Source of the DNA: Methanomassiliicoccaceae archaeon
Lineage (GTDB): Archaea; Thermoplasmatota; Thermoplasmata; Methanomassiliicoccales; Methanomassiliicoccaceae
DNA length: 64,000 nucleotides
Direction of reading: 5' to 3'
Assembly: GCA_040776945.1 (NCBI GenBank)
Contig: JAXGZN010000001.1
Location: 32,001 to 96,000, forward strand
Below are positions 18,362 through 29,812 of the stretch, in pieces. The notes under the pieces were generated by a model. That model saw only the letters and a list, made by a program, of their open reading frames with translations. It made no database searches and was not told the origin of the DNA. Every line of letters starts with the position of its first letter. Positions within the stretch are counted from its first letter, which is position 1. A program made the translations under genes and the position numbers.

Positions 18362-19054
18362 GTGGCGAGACGAAGGGGACGATTTGGGCTCGGGCACATA
18401 ACAGCGATCCTCTCAGCAGGTGAAAGAAGGACGTTCAACGACCTGTCGAGAATGATAGAGCTGGGCCGGAGGGCGAACGCCGTAATGATAGAGATGCTGT
18501 CCTCCAGCTCGTCATTGACCGCCCTTAACGAGGACATCAGGCTGCTGGAGAAGCAGGCAGACCAGCTTTCCTTCGCGATAAGGAGCGGGATCACCGGCGG
18601 AGCGGTCAACCCCAACGTTCTGGACAATCTGCTGGAATGCGTTGATCTGGCGGACTCGATCGTTGATGATTATTTTTGGGTCAGCAGGGAGCTCCTCAGG
18701 ATCTCGAAGGTCACCTTCAGCAACGGTCTTTCGGCTCAGACTGCGGAGATGGAGACGCTCCTCATCAAGTTCCTTGACCTTGCCGAGAAGGGGATGATGA
18801 TATTGTTGGAAATGCTGAGGGCATCGAACCTTGGCAAGATAACAGAGCTGAGAAATGACATCGAGCTTCTGGAAGAGGAGGGAGATAACATCAAGGACCA
18901 TGGGTTCGACATGCTGTATGCATCGGCCCAGGACATGCACTATCTGCAATTCGCGCATCTTTCGGAGATGCTGCAAAAGTTCGACGACATACTGGACTCG
19001 TGCGAGGACATGGCGGACCTCCTGGTCTCCATAACCACAACTATCTCGAGGTGA
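18362..19054 (+). CDS. DUF47/PhoU-like phosphate transport regulator
   Basis: LEKQAD, D.ADSIVD, LEEEGD, DDILDSCED acidic repeats; SD GAGGTGA; coupled to pit by TGATG. Confidence 0.88.
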   Translation: MARRRGRFGLGHITAILSAGERRTFNDLSRMIELGRRANAVMIEMLSSSSSLTALNEDIRLLEKQADQLSFAIRSGITGGAVNPNVLDNLLECVDLADSIVDDYFWVSRELLRISKVTFSNGLSAQTAEMETLLIKFLDLAEKGMMILLEMLRASNLGKITELRNDIELLEEEGDNIKDHGFDMLYASAQDMHYLQFAHLSEMLQKFDDILDSCEDMADLLVSITTTISR

Positions 19055-19959
19055 TGGTACAAACGATCCTTCTTCTCCCAGCGCTCTTCCTCTCGGCGGC
19101 CCTGGTCTCGGGCAATAATCTTGCAGCATGCATGGGTGCAGCCGTGGGGGCGAGGATGATCGACCGAAGAGCAGCCACGATCATGGGCATCTTCGGCTAT
19201 GTGCTCGGCCTCTTACTGCTGGGAGAAAATATGGTACGTTCGGCGCATGCTCTGTTCCCCGACGGCCTCGGAGCGGATCTGGCATCAGAGGTCCTGCTAT
19301 CGACCGTGGCCGTCTTCGTCCTAGGGAGCTTGCTGAGAGTGCCGCTTTCGGTCACATCCGCGCTGACCGGAATGCTCACAGGCATCTCGGTCGCCAAGGG
19401 GCTCCCCATCGACCTTCAGTTCCTAGGGTACATCATCATGGTGTGGATGGCCGTGCCCATTCTATCCATCATGATCGCTTATTTCTCTATGAGGCTGATC
19501 TCGAGGTCTGGGCCGAGGGATGTGTGGAAAAGGACCGAAAGGTACAAGCTCCTGGTTGTCGCGGCCTCGTTCCTTACCGCGGTTGCGGTAGGCGCGAACT
19601 CCCTTGCCTTGGTCGTCGCGGTCAGCGGGTTCGAGTCCGCGCAGACCTTGGTGGCCATCGCGGCCATTGTGTTCGGATCGTTCTTCCTGAGCTCGAGGCA
19701 GATGAAAAGGGTCGGTTCGGAAATGTACCTGATCGGCTATTCGAGCGCGTTCGTGACGTCGGCCACCTCCACGTTCATGATCTTCTTCGCGAGCGCGAAC
19801 GGGGTCCCTCTTTCCAGCACACAGACCCTCTCTGCCGCCATCTTCGGCGCTGGTCTTTCCCATAAGGAGAGGTTCATTGCCGTCAGGCCGTTCGTTATGA
19901 TCGTGCTGGGCTGGATCATCGCGCCGCTGGTGAGCTTCCTTGTCGGGCTGGCCCTCTGA
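19054..19959 (+). CDS. PiT-family inorganic phosphate/anion transporter
   Basis: SGNNLAA, VPLSVT, GANS, VPLSSTQ, WIIAP motifs. Confidence 0.9.
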   Translation: MVQTILLLPALFLSAALVSGNNLAACMGAAVGARMIDRRAATIMGIFGYVLGLLLLGENMVRSAHALFPDGLGADLASEVLLSTVAVFVLGSLLRVPLSVTSALTGMLTGISVAKGLPIDLQFLGYIIMVWMAVPILSIMIAYFSMRLISRSGPRDVWKRTERYKLLVVAASFLTAVAVGANSLALVVAVSGFESAQTLVAIAAIVFGSFFLSSRQMKRVGSEMYLIGYSSAFVTSATSTFMIFFASANGVPLSSTQTLSAAIFGAGLSHKERFIAVRPFVMIVLGWIIAPLVSFLVGLAL

Positions 19960-20209
19960 CCGAGAGTGGCGCGCGGTTCTTGGGCCGAGTGGAGCGCATT
20001 GTGTCCTTCCACCAGCCTGTGACGATCGGCATCTGCGTGTTATCGGCGGACCGGCCGGGCCATCTTCTCTTGCGGTCCTGCCCTCATGGTCACGTTGATG
20101 CCGAAGGCGATGTATTGCCCCGGCATCTATGCGGACAGCATACCGGGATGGATGGTGCAGCTGGTGAAGGTGGAGAACGGGAAATGTCGAACGATGAAGG
20201 AAGAAAAGA

Positions 20210-20283
20210 TGGACGGACCGGGATTTGAACCCGGGGCCTCGTGATTGCAAATCACGCGATCTTCCGAGCTGATCTATCCGCCC
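20210..20283 (-). tRNA. tRNA-Ala(UGC)
   Basis: Cloverleaf GGGCGGA...CGTGA-TTTGCAA-TCACG...GTTCAAATC...TCCGTCCA; G3:U70 identity pair; CCA not encoded. Confidence 0.97.
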
Positions 20284-20406
20284 TTGACCGACTCGTAACG
20301 CCATATCGAATAAATAGGTTCCCATGCGCCCAGCATTGCGCGGCCGCCTGAAGATCGTTCGGAACCCGCTTTTTGCGGCCTTCGGGCGCGCGGGGATGAT
20401 CGCGCC

Positions 20407-22056
20407 CTATCGCTCCATCACAGCCCCGCGGGCCGCGCTGCCGACCAGCTTGCGGTATTTGGCGAGTATCCCGGTGACCGGGCGCTCTACCGGCCTGACT
20501 TCCCTGAGCCGGGCCTCGATCTCCTGGTCCGTCACGTCCAGATGCAGCTTGCGGCCAGGTATGTCGATGGTGATCCTATCTCCTTCCCTCACCGCTGCGA
20601 TAGGCCCTCCGGCATACGCTTCCGGCGATACGTGACCTATGCAAGGACCTCTGGTGGCGCCTGAGAACCTTCCATCGGTGATCAGAGCGACATCGTCCGA
20701 CAGTCCCATCCCGGATATCAGGGAGGTCGGCGAGAGCATCTCCGCCATACCTGGGCCTCCCTGCGGCCCTTCATATCGTATCACGACCACGTCGCCCTTA
20801 ACAATTCTCCTGGCGACGATCGCCTCTATGGCCTTGCCCTCCGAATCGAAGACCCGGGCGCGGCCGGTGAAGTACATCATCCTCTCCGACACGGCCGCCT
20901 GCTTGACCACAGAGCCCTCCGGAGCGAGATTGCCATAAAGGACGGCGATGCCTCCCTGCTCGTGGAAGGGACGGCTGACTGGTCGAACGACCTCCTCGTC
21001 GTAGATTATCGCCGCCTCGGCGATGTCCAGAAGCTTGTGGCCGGACACCGTTCCTTCGTTCGACAGTTGGCCCTGGAGCCTCTTGAGGACGGCGGGTATG
21101 CCTCCGGCCCGGTCAAGGTCCGCGATATGGTACGGGCCGGACGGCCGAATGGATGTTATGTGCTTAACCTCCCGCGATATCTTGTCGAACGCTCGGAGGT
21201 CGATGTCGATCCCGAACTCATGAGCTATCGCCGGAAGATGCAGTGCGGTGTTGGTCGAGCCGCCTATGGCCATGTCCACCTTGATGGCGTTGAGCAGCGA
21301 TCCCTTGGTAACTATGTCCCTTGGGGCGATATGGTCCCGGACCAGTTCCACGATGCGGCGGCCGGAGGCCCGTGCGATCTCGCGCTTTCTCTTGCTGATC
21401 GCAAGTGAGGTGGCGCAACCCACCAAGCTCATGCCCATGGCCTCGGTCAGGCAGGCCATGGTGTTCGCCGTGAACAGGCCGGAGCAGGAGCCTTCGCCTG
21501 GGCAGGCGGCGCACTCCACTCTGAGCACCTCGGCCTCCGTCCGCTTGCCGGCGGCATGCTCCCCCAGCGCCTCGAAGACGTCCTGGAGATCGAGCTGACG
21601 CCCGTTCGAGGAACCGGCCTCCATTGCCCCTCCGGTCACCATTATCGCCGGGATATTGAGCCTTCCAGCGGCCATGAGCATCCCCGGGGTGACCTTGTCG
21701 CAGTTGGTGATCCCGACCCACCCGTCGAACATGTGCGCGTTGTCCATGATCTCAACGCAGTCGGCGATGGTCTCGCGGGACGGGAGCGAGTAGCGCATCC
21801 CCGAATGGCCCATGGCGATGCCGTCGCAGACGGCCGGCACGCCGAACACGAAAGGCACTCCGCCGGCCTCCACGATGCCCCGCTTGACCTCGTCCACCAG
21901 CTTGTTGAGGTGGACATGCCCGGGCACGACCTCGTTCCAGGAGTTGGCGATGCCTATGAACGGCTTGTCCATGTCCTCCGAGGTGACCCCCGATGCCCGT
22001 AGAAGGCTCCTGCTGGGTGCCTTGTCCAGTCCCTTCTTGACCTGATCGCTCCGCAT
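20407..22056 (-). CDS. ilvD: Dihydroxy-acid dehydratase
   Basis: CDGIAMGH, NCDK, CSGLFTANTM, GGSTN, TDGRFSG, GHVSPE; start MRSDQVKKG. Confidence 0.98.
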   Translation of the reverse strand: MRSDQVKKGLDKAPSRSLLRASGVTSEDMDKPFIGIANSWNEVVPGHVHLNKLVDEVKRGIVEAGGVPFVFGVPAVCDGIAMGHSGMRYSLPSRETIADCVEIMDNAHMFDGWVGITNCDKVTPGMLMAAGRLNIPAIMVTGGAMEAGSSNGRQLDLQDVFEALGEHAAGKRTEAEVLRVECAACPGEGSCSGLFTANTMACLTEAMGMSLVGCATSLAISKRKREIARASGRRIVELVRDHIAPRDIVTKGSLLNAIKVDMAIGGSTNTALHLPAIAHEFGIDIDLRAFDKISREVKHITSIRPSGPYHIADLDRAGGIPAVLKRLQGQLSNEGTVSGHKLLDIAEAAIIYDEEVVRPVSRPFHEQGGIAVLYGNLAPEGSVVKQAAVSERMMYFTGRARVFDSEGKAIEAIVARRIVKGDVVVIRYEGPQGGPGMAEMLSPTSLISGMGLSDDVALITDGRFSGATRGPCIGHVSPEAYAGGPIAAVREGDRITIDIPGRKLHLDVTDQEIEARLREVRPVERPVTGILAKYRKLVGSAARGAVMER

Positions 22057-22245
22057 CTTATCAGCGCGGCATGTCGTTCTGCCTAGAAAACGGTTCCCAA
22101 GGTCGAGCTGAGACCTCTCCGCCCCATCCGCTGATATCGGGCGGGGGAGACGTCCTCTCGTTCCACATCGTGTTACGGGGGAAGCGGCGGAGCTGGGACG
22201 CCTGCTGTCCCGGGGCGATATGGGCGAGGTCATGCGTTCTTTCGC

Positions 22246-23124
22246 TCAAGGATCGCGCAGCTCGATGTTCTCTTGGGCCAGCCTCTTGCCCACCTCATAA
22301 AGGAACCGCGAGGCTATCTCCTCCCGCCGGCTTGGCTCCCGCAGCCATATCTTGATCATCATGCGGGCCCTGGTTCCCTGTATCTCGGCAATATTGACCT
22401 GAGGATCGAGAGCCCGGAGAGTGTTCTCATTGCCGAAAAGCAATCTCATCGACCTTTTCTCGAACAACCGAGCGAGGGCGCCCTTCTCTTCGCCATCGAC
22501 ATCGGGAAGGATGTAAGGGTCCTTATCGGCCTCCTCAAATACTATTTGCTGGATGCGCTCAAGGTCATTGATGTTGCCGACCCACAGCGGAATGTTGACC
22601 GCGGTGAAGCCGGCCCGCGTGTAGTTGATGACCTTTCCGTTCATTATCTGTGAGTTCGGCACAGTTATGATCCGGCCGTCCACCTCCCTTAGGACGGTGT
22701 TCATGAGGGTGATGTCCTTGACCCTGCTGATGCCGGTTAGGGGGATCGGCCCCACCTCCACCCAGTCCTCGAGCTGGATAGGCTTGATTATTGCGATGAG
22801 CACACCGGAGATGGCGTTTTGGATGATCTGCTGGGAGGCGAACGCCACCGCTATACCGGCCACGCCCAGAGATAGAACGATCGCCGAAAGGTCCAGGGCC
22901 AGGATCGAGTTGAACCCGATCAGAGCGGCGGTCATGAGGACCATGTACTGGAACACTCTGGCCACGCCCTTGGAGAGCCTTTTCCCCATCCTCTCGTCGA
23001 GATAATCGCGGATGACCATATTGCCCAGACGGGCTATGAGGACGGCCCCGATCAACAGCAGCAGGAAGGCGAGGATACTGATCGGCGTGATCTTGTCCAC
23101 TAGAGGCGTGTCGAGCCAGCTCAT
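22246..23124 (-). CDS. MscS-family mechanosensitive channel
   Basis: Three TM helices, GVAGIAVAFASQ, ITVPNS, VINYT. Confidence 0.9.
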   Translation of the reverse strand: MSWLDTPLVDKITPISILAFLLLLIGAVLIARLGNMVIRDYLDERMGKRLSKGVARVFQYMVLMTAALIGFNSILALDLSAIVLSLGVAGIAVAFASQQIIQNAISGVLIAIIKPIQLEDWVEVGPIPLTGISRVKDITLMNTVLREVDGRIITVPNSQIMNGKVINYTRAGFTAVNIPLWVGNINDLERIQQIVFEEADKDPYILPDVDGEEKGALARLFEKRSMRLLFGNENTLRALDPQVNIAEIQGTRARMMIKIWLREPSRREEIASRFLYEVGKRLAQENIELRDP

Positions 23125-23270
23125 GCATGCTGTATCGGGCAGGGGCTCATTAATCCGCTCATTGTGATTATCACCGGAAGATCGCGAACGGCCGAGAGGC
23201 CCCACCGCTCTGGCCTAACAACTAGATAAAAGAAGATGGATGAAAGTCGTTTGATAAGGGGTTTCGCCGC

Positions 23271-23582
23271 TTAGGACCTGAGGACGATCTCGATGTTGAC
23301 GCCGTCAGGGACCTGGATCCTCATGAGCTGGCGCAGTGCACGCTCGTCAGCGTCTAGATCTATCAGACGCTTATGGATCCTCATCTCCCACCTGTCCCAG
23401 GTCTCCGAGCCCTCTCCGTCGGGGCTCTTCCTCACCGGGACCACCAGTCGCTTGGTGGGCAGGGGGATAGGTCCGCGGATGGCGACACCGGTCCTCTGGG
23501 AGATCGACTTGATCTGTCCGCAGACACTGTCGACCTTCTTGGGGTCAGTGCCGCTCAGCGAAATTCTTGCTCTCTGTGCCAT
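23271..23582 (-). CDS. rps10: 30S ribosomal protein S10 (uS10)
   Basis: [26 protein letters not shown]. Confidence 0.99.
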   Translation of the reverse strand: MAQRARISLSGTDPKKVDSVCGQIKSISQRTGVAIRGPIPLPTKRLVVPVRKSPDGEGSETWDRWEMRIHKRLIDLDADERALRQLMRIQVPDGVNIEIVLRS

Positions 23583-23616
23583 AGTTCAATCCCCCAAAAT
23601 ATTGGGAGGAAGGGGT

Positions 23617-24894
23617 TTACATTACCCTCTTCTCGACATCCAGACAGACGCCCGCGGCAACGGTCTGGCCCATGTCCCTTACGGCGAACCTGCCGAGCTG
23701 GGGGAACTCCTTGGCCTTCTCGATCACCATGGGCTTGGAGGGCTGGACCTTGACGATCGCGGCGTCGCCGGTCTTCAGGAACTGAGGGTTCTCCTCCTTG
23801 ACGGCGCCGGTCGCGGGGTCCAGCTTCTTCTGGAGCTCCAGGAAGGTGCAGGCCACCTGAGCGGTGTGGATGTGGAACACCGGGGTGTATCCGACGGTGA
23901 TGACCGAGGGGTGGTTAAGGACCATGATCTGGGCGGTGAAGGTCTTGGCCACGGAGGGCGGGTTGTCGACCGGACCGGCCACGTCGCCGCGCTTGACATC
24001 GTTCTTGGCGATGCCGCGGACGTTGAAGCCGACGTTGTCACCGGGGTATGCGGCGGGAAGCTGCTCGTGGTGCATCTCCACGCTCTTGACCTCACCGACA
24101 ACGTGGGAGGGCTCGAACATGATCTTGGTGTCCGGCTTCAGCACGCCGCACTCGACGCGGCCGACCGGGACGGTCCCGATGCCGGTGATAGTGTAGACGT
24201 CCTGGATGGGCAGCCTGAGAGGCAGGTTGGTGGCCTTCGCGGGCTCCTTCAGATTGTTCAACGCTTCCAGGATGGTCGGCCCCTTGTACCAGGGAGTATT
24301 GGCGGACTGCTTGGTGGCGTTGTCGCCCTTGAACGCGGAGTACGGGACGAAGGGGATCTCGTCCACCTTATAGCCGATGGACTTCAGGATCTTGCTGACG
24401 TCCTCCTTGACCTTCTTGTACTGCTCCTCGGAGTAGGCGGGCTTCGTCGCATCCATCTTGTTGATGCCAACGATGATCTGCTTCACGCCTAGGGTCCTGG
24501 CCAGGAAGATGTGCTCCTTGGTCTGGGCCTGGGGTCCCTCGATGGCGGACACGACGAGAACGGCGGCGTCTGCCTGGGAGGTACCGGTGATCATGTTCTT
24601 GACGAAGTCCCTGTGTCCGGGGGCATCGATGACGGTGAAGTAATACTTGTCGGTGTTGAACCGCTTGTGGGCGACATCGATGGTCACTCCCCTCTCCCTC
24701 TCTTCCTTGAGAGAGTCCATGACCCATGCGAACTCAAAGGTCGCCTTTCCCTTCTCGTCTGCCATCTTCCTGTACTTCTCGATGAGGTACGCATCTACGT
24801 TTCCAGTGTCGGCAAGCATCCTGCCTACGGAGGTGGACTTGCCGTGGTCAACGTGACCGATAAAGACCAGATTCAAGTGTGGTTTCTCTGCCAT
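23617..24894 (-). CDS. tuf: Elongation factor 1-alpha
   Basis: [29 protein letters not shown]. Confidence 0.99.
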   Translation of the reverse strand: MAEKPHLNLVFIGHVDHGKSTSVGRMLADTGNVDAYLIEKYRKMADEKGKATFEFAWVMDSLKEERERGVTIDVAHKRFNTDKYYFTVIDAPGHRDFVKNMITGTSQADAAVLVVSAIEGPQAQTKEHIFLARTLGVKQIIVGINKMDATKPAYSEEQYKKVKEDVSKILKSIGYKVDEIPFVPYSAFKGDNATKQSANTPWYKGPTILEALNNLKEPAKATNLPLRLPIQDVYTITGIGTVPVGRVECGVLKPDTKIMFEPSHVVGEVKSVEMHHEQLPAAYPGDNVGFNVRGIAKNDVKRGDVAGPVDNPPSVAKTFTAQIMVLNHPSVITVGYTPVFHIHTAQVACTFLELQKKLDPATGAVKEENPQFLKTGDAAIVKVQPSKPMVIEKAKEFPQLGRFAVRDMGQTVAAGVCLDVEKRVM

Positions 24895-24975
24895 TTTTCT
24901 GCCTCCTACGTTTATATATACTTAGATTGGGTTTTTACTCCATACCGTTTTTCGTATTTAATCGTTATTCACTCC

Positions 24976-27174
24976 TCAGCCAGAGTAGTATGCCGCATCG
25001 TAAGGCTCTGGCTTCAGTCCCTTGCGGGTCCTGATCTCGGCCACGACCTTGGTCTGCAGTTCGTTCGGCACCGGGACGAACCCGGAGTTCTCGGTGGACC
25101 AAAGCGCACGGCCCTGGGTGGCGCCGCGGATGGCCGATGCGAACCCGAACATCTCGGCCACAGGGGCCTTGGCGACTATGATCGTTGCCTCGCCCTCCTG
25201 GTGGATGTCCTCGATGTTGCCCCGCCTCTGCTGCAGCTCGCGCAGAGCGTCGCCCATTACCGACTCAGGGCAGTTGATGTAGATCTTCGTGAGCGGTTCC
25301 AGCAATATCCTGCCACCCAGGCACATCGCGCCATAGACCGCGGAGCGGAACGCGGGGATTACCTGCGCTGGACCTCTGTGGATGGAGTCCTCGTGGAGCT
25401 TGGCATCCATCAGCTTCACCTTGAGGCCCATGACCTTCTCCTGCGCCAGAGGTCCTAGGTTCATTGCCTCCTCGAAGCCCTGCTTGCACAGCTCGATGGT
25501 CTCGTTCAGATACTGGATCCCCTTGGTGCCGTCTATGAAGACGTTGTTGTCCTTGAACATGACCACGCCACGGGCCTCTTCACGGTCCATGCCCAGGTCC
25601 TGGAGCTTCTTGGCCATCTCCTTGACGTCCTTTATCTTGCCCTCGACGACGAGATCGCCGGTCTTGATGGCGTCGACGATCGATTGCTCCAGGGGAGAGA
25701 CCTCAACGAAGAAGCGGTTGTGCTTGTTGGGGGACTTGCCCTCGAAGAGGGCGCTCCTTCCCTTCACGTTCTCGCGGTACACCACGATGGGCGGGGAAGA
25801 TTTGATCTCGACCCTGTGGTCGTTCACGATACGATAGGTCGTGATCTCGAGATGCAGCTCTCCCATGCCGGAAAGCAGGTGCTCGCCCGTCTCGTTGTTG
25901 ATCTCGACATGGATGGACGGATCGGCCTTGGCCACGGTCCTAAGCACATCGACCAGCTTGGGCAGGTCCTTCATGTGCTTGGCCTCGATGGCAACGGTGA
26001 CCACTGGCTCGGTATAGTGGGAGATCTTCTCGAACGGCTCCATGTCCTTGTCGGAGCTGATGGTCGAACCTGCGACCGCATCCTTGAGGCCGGCCACGGC
26101 GACAATGTTCCCAGCTTCCATGTGGTCGATGGGGATCCTGTCCGCGCCTACGCTGAGCGAGATCGTCTGGGACCTCTGCACGTTCGGCATGCCGGACACC
26201 CATAGCTCCATCCCCCTTGTGACCGTGCCGGAGAACAGGCGCCCCATGGCGACCTCGCCGGCATGTGGATCGACAATGATCTTGGTGATCATCAGGGCGA
26301 CCGGTCCGCTCGCGTCGCAGGCGAGCATGGACTTCCCCACTGCGGACTCCTTGTCTCCCTTCCAGATGACCGGGATACGTATCTTCTGGGCCTCCAGCGG
26401 GTTGGGCACGTGCTCGATGACCATGTTCAGCAGGACCTCGTGCACCGGGGCCTTCTTGGCAAGGGTCTTCTGATCGTTGTTCTTGCAGTACTCGTAGACC
26501 TTGGCGAAGTTGATGCCGGTCTTCTTCATCGACGGAACATTGACGGCCCAATTGTGGAACGCGCTGCCGAAGGCGACGGTCCCCTCCTCGGCCTTAACCT
26601 GCCATTCCTTGTTGAGCGGCTCGGGCAGCTGGGAGGCGATGCGTCGATTGACCTCGGTGATGATGGTCACAAACTTCTTCTGCATCTCCTCCGGGGTGAC
26701 CTTCAGCTCGTTTATCAGCCTGTCCACCTTGTTGATGAACAGGACAGGACGGACGCGCTCCTTGAGCGCCTGCCGGATGACGGTCTCGGTCTGAGGCATG
26801 ATGCCCTCGACCGCGCAGACCAGAATTATGCAGCCGTCCAGGGCGCGCATGGCCCTGGTTACGTCGCCGCCGAAGTCGACGTGGCCGGGAGTATCGATCA
26901 GATTGACCAGATACTCCTTGCCGCCGTACCTGTGGACCATCGAAGCATTGGCGGCGTTGATGGTGATGCCACGGGCCTGCTCCTGCTCATCGAAGTCCAG
27001 CATGAGCTGCTTCCCGGCAAGGTCCTCGGACATCATGCCGGCACCAGCGATGAGGTTGTCGCTCAACGTGGTCTTTCCGTGGTCGATGTGGGCCGCGGTC
27101 CCGATGTTCCTGATGAACTCAGGGTTCTTAGAGATCGCTTGTGCCCGTGCGATATTATCTTCCTTACGTCCCAT
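24976..27174 (-). CDS. fusA: Elongation factor 2
   Basis: AHIDHGKT, DTPGHVDF, NKVD, diphthamide loop HEDSIHRG. Confidence 0.99.
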   Translation of the reverse strand: MGRKEDNIARAQAISKNPEFIRNIGTAAHIDHGKTTLSDNLIAGAGMMSEDLAGKQLMLDFDEQEQARGITINAANASMVHRYGGKEYLVNLIDTPGHVDFGGDVTRAMRALDGCIILVCAVEGIMPQTETVIRQALKERVRPVLFINKVDRLINELKVTPEEMQKKFVTIITEVNRRIASQLPEPLNKEWQVKAEEGTVAFGSAFHNWAVNVPSMKKTGINFAKVYEYCKNNDQKTLAKKAPVHEVLLNMVIEHVPNPLEAQKIRIPVIWKGDKESAVGKSMLACDASGPVALMITKIIVDPHAGEVAMGRLFSGTVTRGMELWVSGMPNVQRSQTISLSVGADRIPIDHMEAGNIVAVAGLKDAVAGSTISSDKDMEPFEKISHYTEPVVTVAIEAKHMKDLPKLVDVLRTVAKADPSIHVEINNETGEHLLSGMGELHLEITTYRIVNDHRVEIKSSPPIVVYRENVKGRSALFEGKSPNKHNRFFVEVSPLEQSIVDAIKTGDLVVEGKIKDVKEMAKKLQDLGMDREEARGVVMFKDNNVFIDGTKGIQYLNETIELCKQGFEEAMNLGPLAQEKVMGLKVKLMDAKLHEDSIHRGPAQVIPAFRSAVYGAMCLGGRILLEPLTKIYINCPESVMGDALRELQQRRGNIEDIHQEGEATIIVAKAPVAEMFGFASAIRGATQGRALWSTENSGFVPVPNELQTKVVAEIRTRKGLKPEPYDAAYYSG

Positions 27175-27207
27175 ATGAACTCACCTTGTTGATCTTGATC
27201 ACCGAGC

Positions 27208-27810
27208 TTACCGGGCCGATGATGCTACGCGCTCCAGCTCCTCCTTCTTGGCCACGGAGAATGAGTTCATGTCGCCCCTGGAAGCAAGTATAAGTTCGTC
27301 GGCGAGGCACTCCTCCACCGGCTTCTTGTTCTTGAAGGAGGCGTCCACGGTGCCCCTGGCGATGTTCCTTAGCGCTATGTCGAGACGCCTGCAAGGAGCG
27401 ATGTCTACAGCCTTGGGGACGGATATCCCACCGAACTGCAAACGAGTTATCTCCTCGCGGGGGGCGGCGTTCTCCAGGGCCTCGATGAGCACCTGCACCG
27501 GGTTCTTCTTGGTCTTGACGGCGATTATCTCGAAGGCGTCCTTTACCGTTCCAAGCGACTTTGCCTTCTTGCCGGTGTAGACCTCCGTTCTCATTAGATT
27601 GTTCACCAGGCGCTCGACGATGCTGACCTTTGACTTTCCGAACGACCGGTTAGCATGCTTGCCCCCGGTGTGGGGTATGGCGACGGGGGTGAGGTCTATG
27701 TATTTGGCTAGGCCACCGTCCCTGATGCCTATTCCGGTCATCTCGTACTTGCCGAAGAGCAGTACGCCGCTCGTGATTGGAACTTGAGTTTCTCCTTCCA
27801 CAGAATTCAC
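27208..27810 (-). CDS. rps7: 30S ribosomal protein S7 (uS7)
   Basis: [33 protein letters not shown]; GTGA overlap with rps12. Confidence 0.98.
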   Translation of the reverse strand: MNSVEGETQVPITSGVLLFGKYEMTGIGIRDGGLAKYIDLTPVAIPHTGGKHANRSFGKSKVSIVERLVNNLMRTEVYTGKKAKSLGTVKDAFEIIAVKTKKNPVQVLIEALENAAPREEITRLQFGGISVPKAVDIAPCRRLDIALRNIARGTVDASFKNKKPVEECLADELILASRGDMNSFSVAKKEELERVASSAR

Positions 27811-28235
27811 CTCACCGGCTTCTCCTTCCGGCCCCTGACAAGCTCGTTGAGGGACACATTGTTGACCTGTACGACCTTGTAGCGGACACCCGGAATGTCC
27901 CCATAGGACCTCCCCAGTCTGCCGCCGATGCCCTCCACCATTACCTCGTCGTGCTCGTCTATGAAGTTGATGGCGCCGTCACCGACCGCGAAGGCGGTGA
28001 TCTGGCGGCCGTTCTTGATAAGCTGGACCTTGACGCATTTCCTGATCGCGGAGTTCGGTTGCTTGGCCTCAATACCTACTTTCTCCAGTACGATGCCACG
28101 GGCCTGAGCCGATCCCTCTAGGGGGTCGGACTTCTCCCGGAGCTTCAACAATCTCCGCTTGTATGTGCTGTCGGACCATCTGAATTTCTGACGGTCGTCC
28201 TTGAGCTTCCTAGCCGTGTAAAGACCTCTAGCCAA
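27807..28235 (-). CDS. rps12: 30S ribosomal protein S12 (uS12)
   Basis: [18 protein letters not shown]; probable TTG start after SD GGTGA. Confidence 0.98.
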   Translation of the reverse strand: MARGLYTARKLKDDRQKFRWSDSTYKRRLLKLREKSDPLEGSAQARGIVLEKVGIEAKQPNSAIRKCVKVQLIKNGRQITAFAVGDGAINFIDEHDEVMVEGIGGRLGRSYGDIPGVRYKVVQVNNVSLNELVRGRKEKPVR

Positions 28236-28282
28236 ATGATTCACCTTCTTTGTGAGAAGCGGGCTCCTTATTATGGTAGTTG

Positions 28283-28290
28283 TATTTAAG
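28283..28290 (-). promoter_or_regulatory. TATA box of the rps12-rps7-EF2-EF1A-rps10 operon
   Basis: CTTAAATA about 50 bp upstream of rps12 on the minus strand. Confidence 0.55.
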
Positions 28291-28553
28291 CGTTAAGGGT
28301 TTTTCAGAGACCGTTCGGGCTACTCTTATTAGAGAGGCCTATAAAAACCATTCGGTGGGTCAAAATGTATGCTGGCCATGATGAGCGGGCGATGGTCCCC
28401 CTCTCAGGGCGCGAGGGGGCTTGTTCACCTGTCGATCACCCTACTTGCCCGCATTTCCTTTATGTGCTCTCATCGTTGAAGGTGCCTCTTGCGTGAGCGA
28501 ACAAGGTCGAAAGAGATTTATCGGAAAGCCCCAATCCTCCGCTGGGATGGGAT

Positions 28554-29237
28554 ATGGGCAATGAAGGGGATGCGGCCCGGCGGCTCGATAAGGCACAGCG
28601 AAGTATCGAATATGGCCTGGCGTTCGCCGTGCCTTTGGTCCTCACCCTGATGCTCTATTCCTATGTGATCTATGATGAGCTTTTCACCCCGCTTTTCATT
28701 GTGGCGCTGGCGCTGGCGATAGTGATGACCGTCCCGGCGCACTTGGCCCTGAGGTCGCACTACGAGTGTTGGGCCCGGAACGTCATGCCGCAGAGGCTGG
28801 CCACAGGCTTGGTGGGCACCATATACATATCCGCCGCCTCGGTGTTCGGAGTGTCGCTGATGTCCAGCGCCCAAGGGCTGGACCCTGAGCAGCCGCTGAC
28901 GTTCACGGTGTTCGCCATGCTGGCGGTCCTGATGATCGCGGTCATGGCCTACAACTCCCGGTACAAGGCTCGGAACGAGAGGACCGACATACGGTTCTTC
29001 CGCAGAAGGCCCGAGCAATTGGCCGCCGAGATCAGAGCTGCATGCGGCGACAGGAAGATCGAGTGCAAGGTGATCGGGAACGGCCGGCTCACCACCATGG
29101 AGCTCCCGGACAACAAGGTCCTTATCACCTTGAGGAGACAGTCGGCGGCTGCCACTGAGGTCATGCTGGAATGCCGGGAACCATCGGCCAACGAGATATG
29201 CTCCGTTCTCAAGCATGCCCTGGACCAAGAGGTCTAG
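28554..29237 (+). CDS. Hypothetical 4-TM membrane protein with a soluble C-terminal domain
   Basis: Four hydrophobic segments, coding-like codon bias. Confidence 0.75.
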   Translation: MGNEGDAARRLDKAQRSIEYGLAFAVPLVLTLMLYSYVIYDELFTPLFIVALALAIVMTVPAHLALRSHYECWARNVMPQRLATGLVGTIYISAASVFGVSLMSSAQGLDPEQPLTFTVFAMLAVLMIAVMAYNSRYKARNERTDIRFFRRRPEQLAAEIRAACGDRKIECKVIGNGRLTTMELPDNKVLITLRRQSAAATEVMLECREPSANEICSVLKHALDQEV

Positions 29238-29812
29238 GCCCGGCCGTGCGATTCCCCCCGCACCATCGCGCTCGAGATCAAGTGAGCGATGCGCAGCGGC
29301 TCCGGCAGGCGGCCCTGCACCGTGCTCTCCTCGAGGATCTGTCCCAGGGTCTCGGCCTCCATGCCTGAGATCGTGGCGTACAGCGAGCGGCGGCGCGTTC
29401 CGACCACGAACAACGGCTTCCTCCTGATCACCTCCAGGCGGTCCCGCCAATCTGGAAAGTGAGAACGAAGGGCCGCTTCCATCCGCTCGAAGTCTGGCAT
29501 CTCCCGGGTCACCGTTGCGCAGGGGATGCCGACACGCTTGTGCAGTGCGTCGACATCGATGACGTTGAAGCCGCCGACCGCGACGCCGTCGAACAGGATC
29601 AGGCGAAGCTGCTCGCGGTACCTTGAGCGTTCGACCATGGCCGCGATGGCCTCGTTGGCGTCCCGGCCGTCCACCTCCACTTCGGTGCGCATGATCCCCT
29701 CTATGTACATGGGCAGGCGGGCGACCACTCCTACCACCAGGGCCCTTCTTGAACGGAAATCGAAGGGCGAATCATCGATGCCGAGGATGCGTATGTGAGG
29801 CTTCAATCTCAT
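29234..29812 (-). CDS. DUF99 family protein (endonuclease V-like)
   Basis: ILGIDDSPF, VDGRDA, DGVAVGGFNVID, PEPLRIAHL. Confidence 0.9.
   Translation of the reverse strand: MRLKPHIRILGIDDSPFDFRSRRALVVGVVARLPMYIEGIMRTEVEVDGRDANEAIAAMVERSRYREQLRLILFDGVAVGGFNVIDVDALHKRVGIPCATVTREMPDFERMEAALRSHFPDWRDRLEVIRRKPLFVVGTRRRSLYATISGMEAETLGQILEESTVQGRLPEPLRIAHLISSAMVRGESHGRA

Noticed and set aside
28378-28450. ATGATGA as the C box of a C/D sRNA
   Set aside because: No CTGA D or D' boxes at suitable spacing
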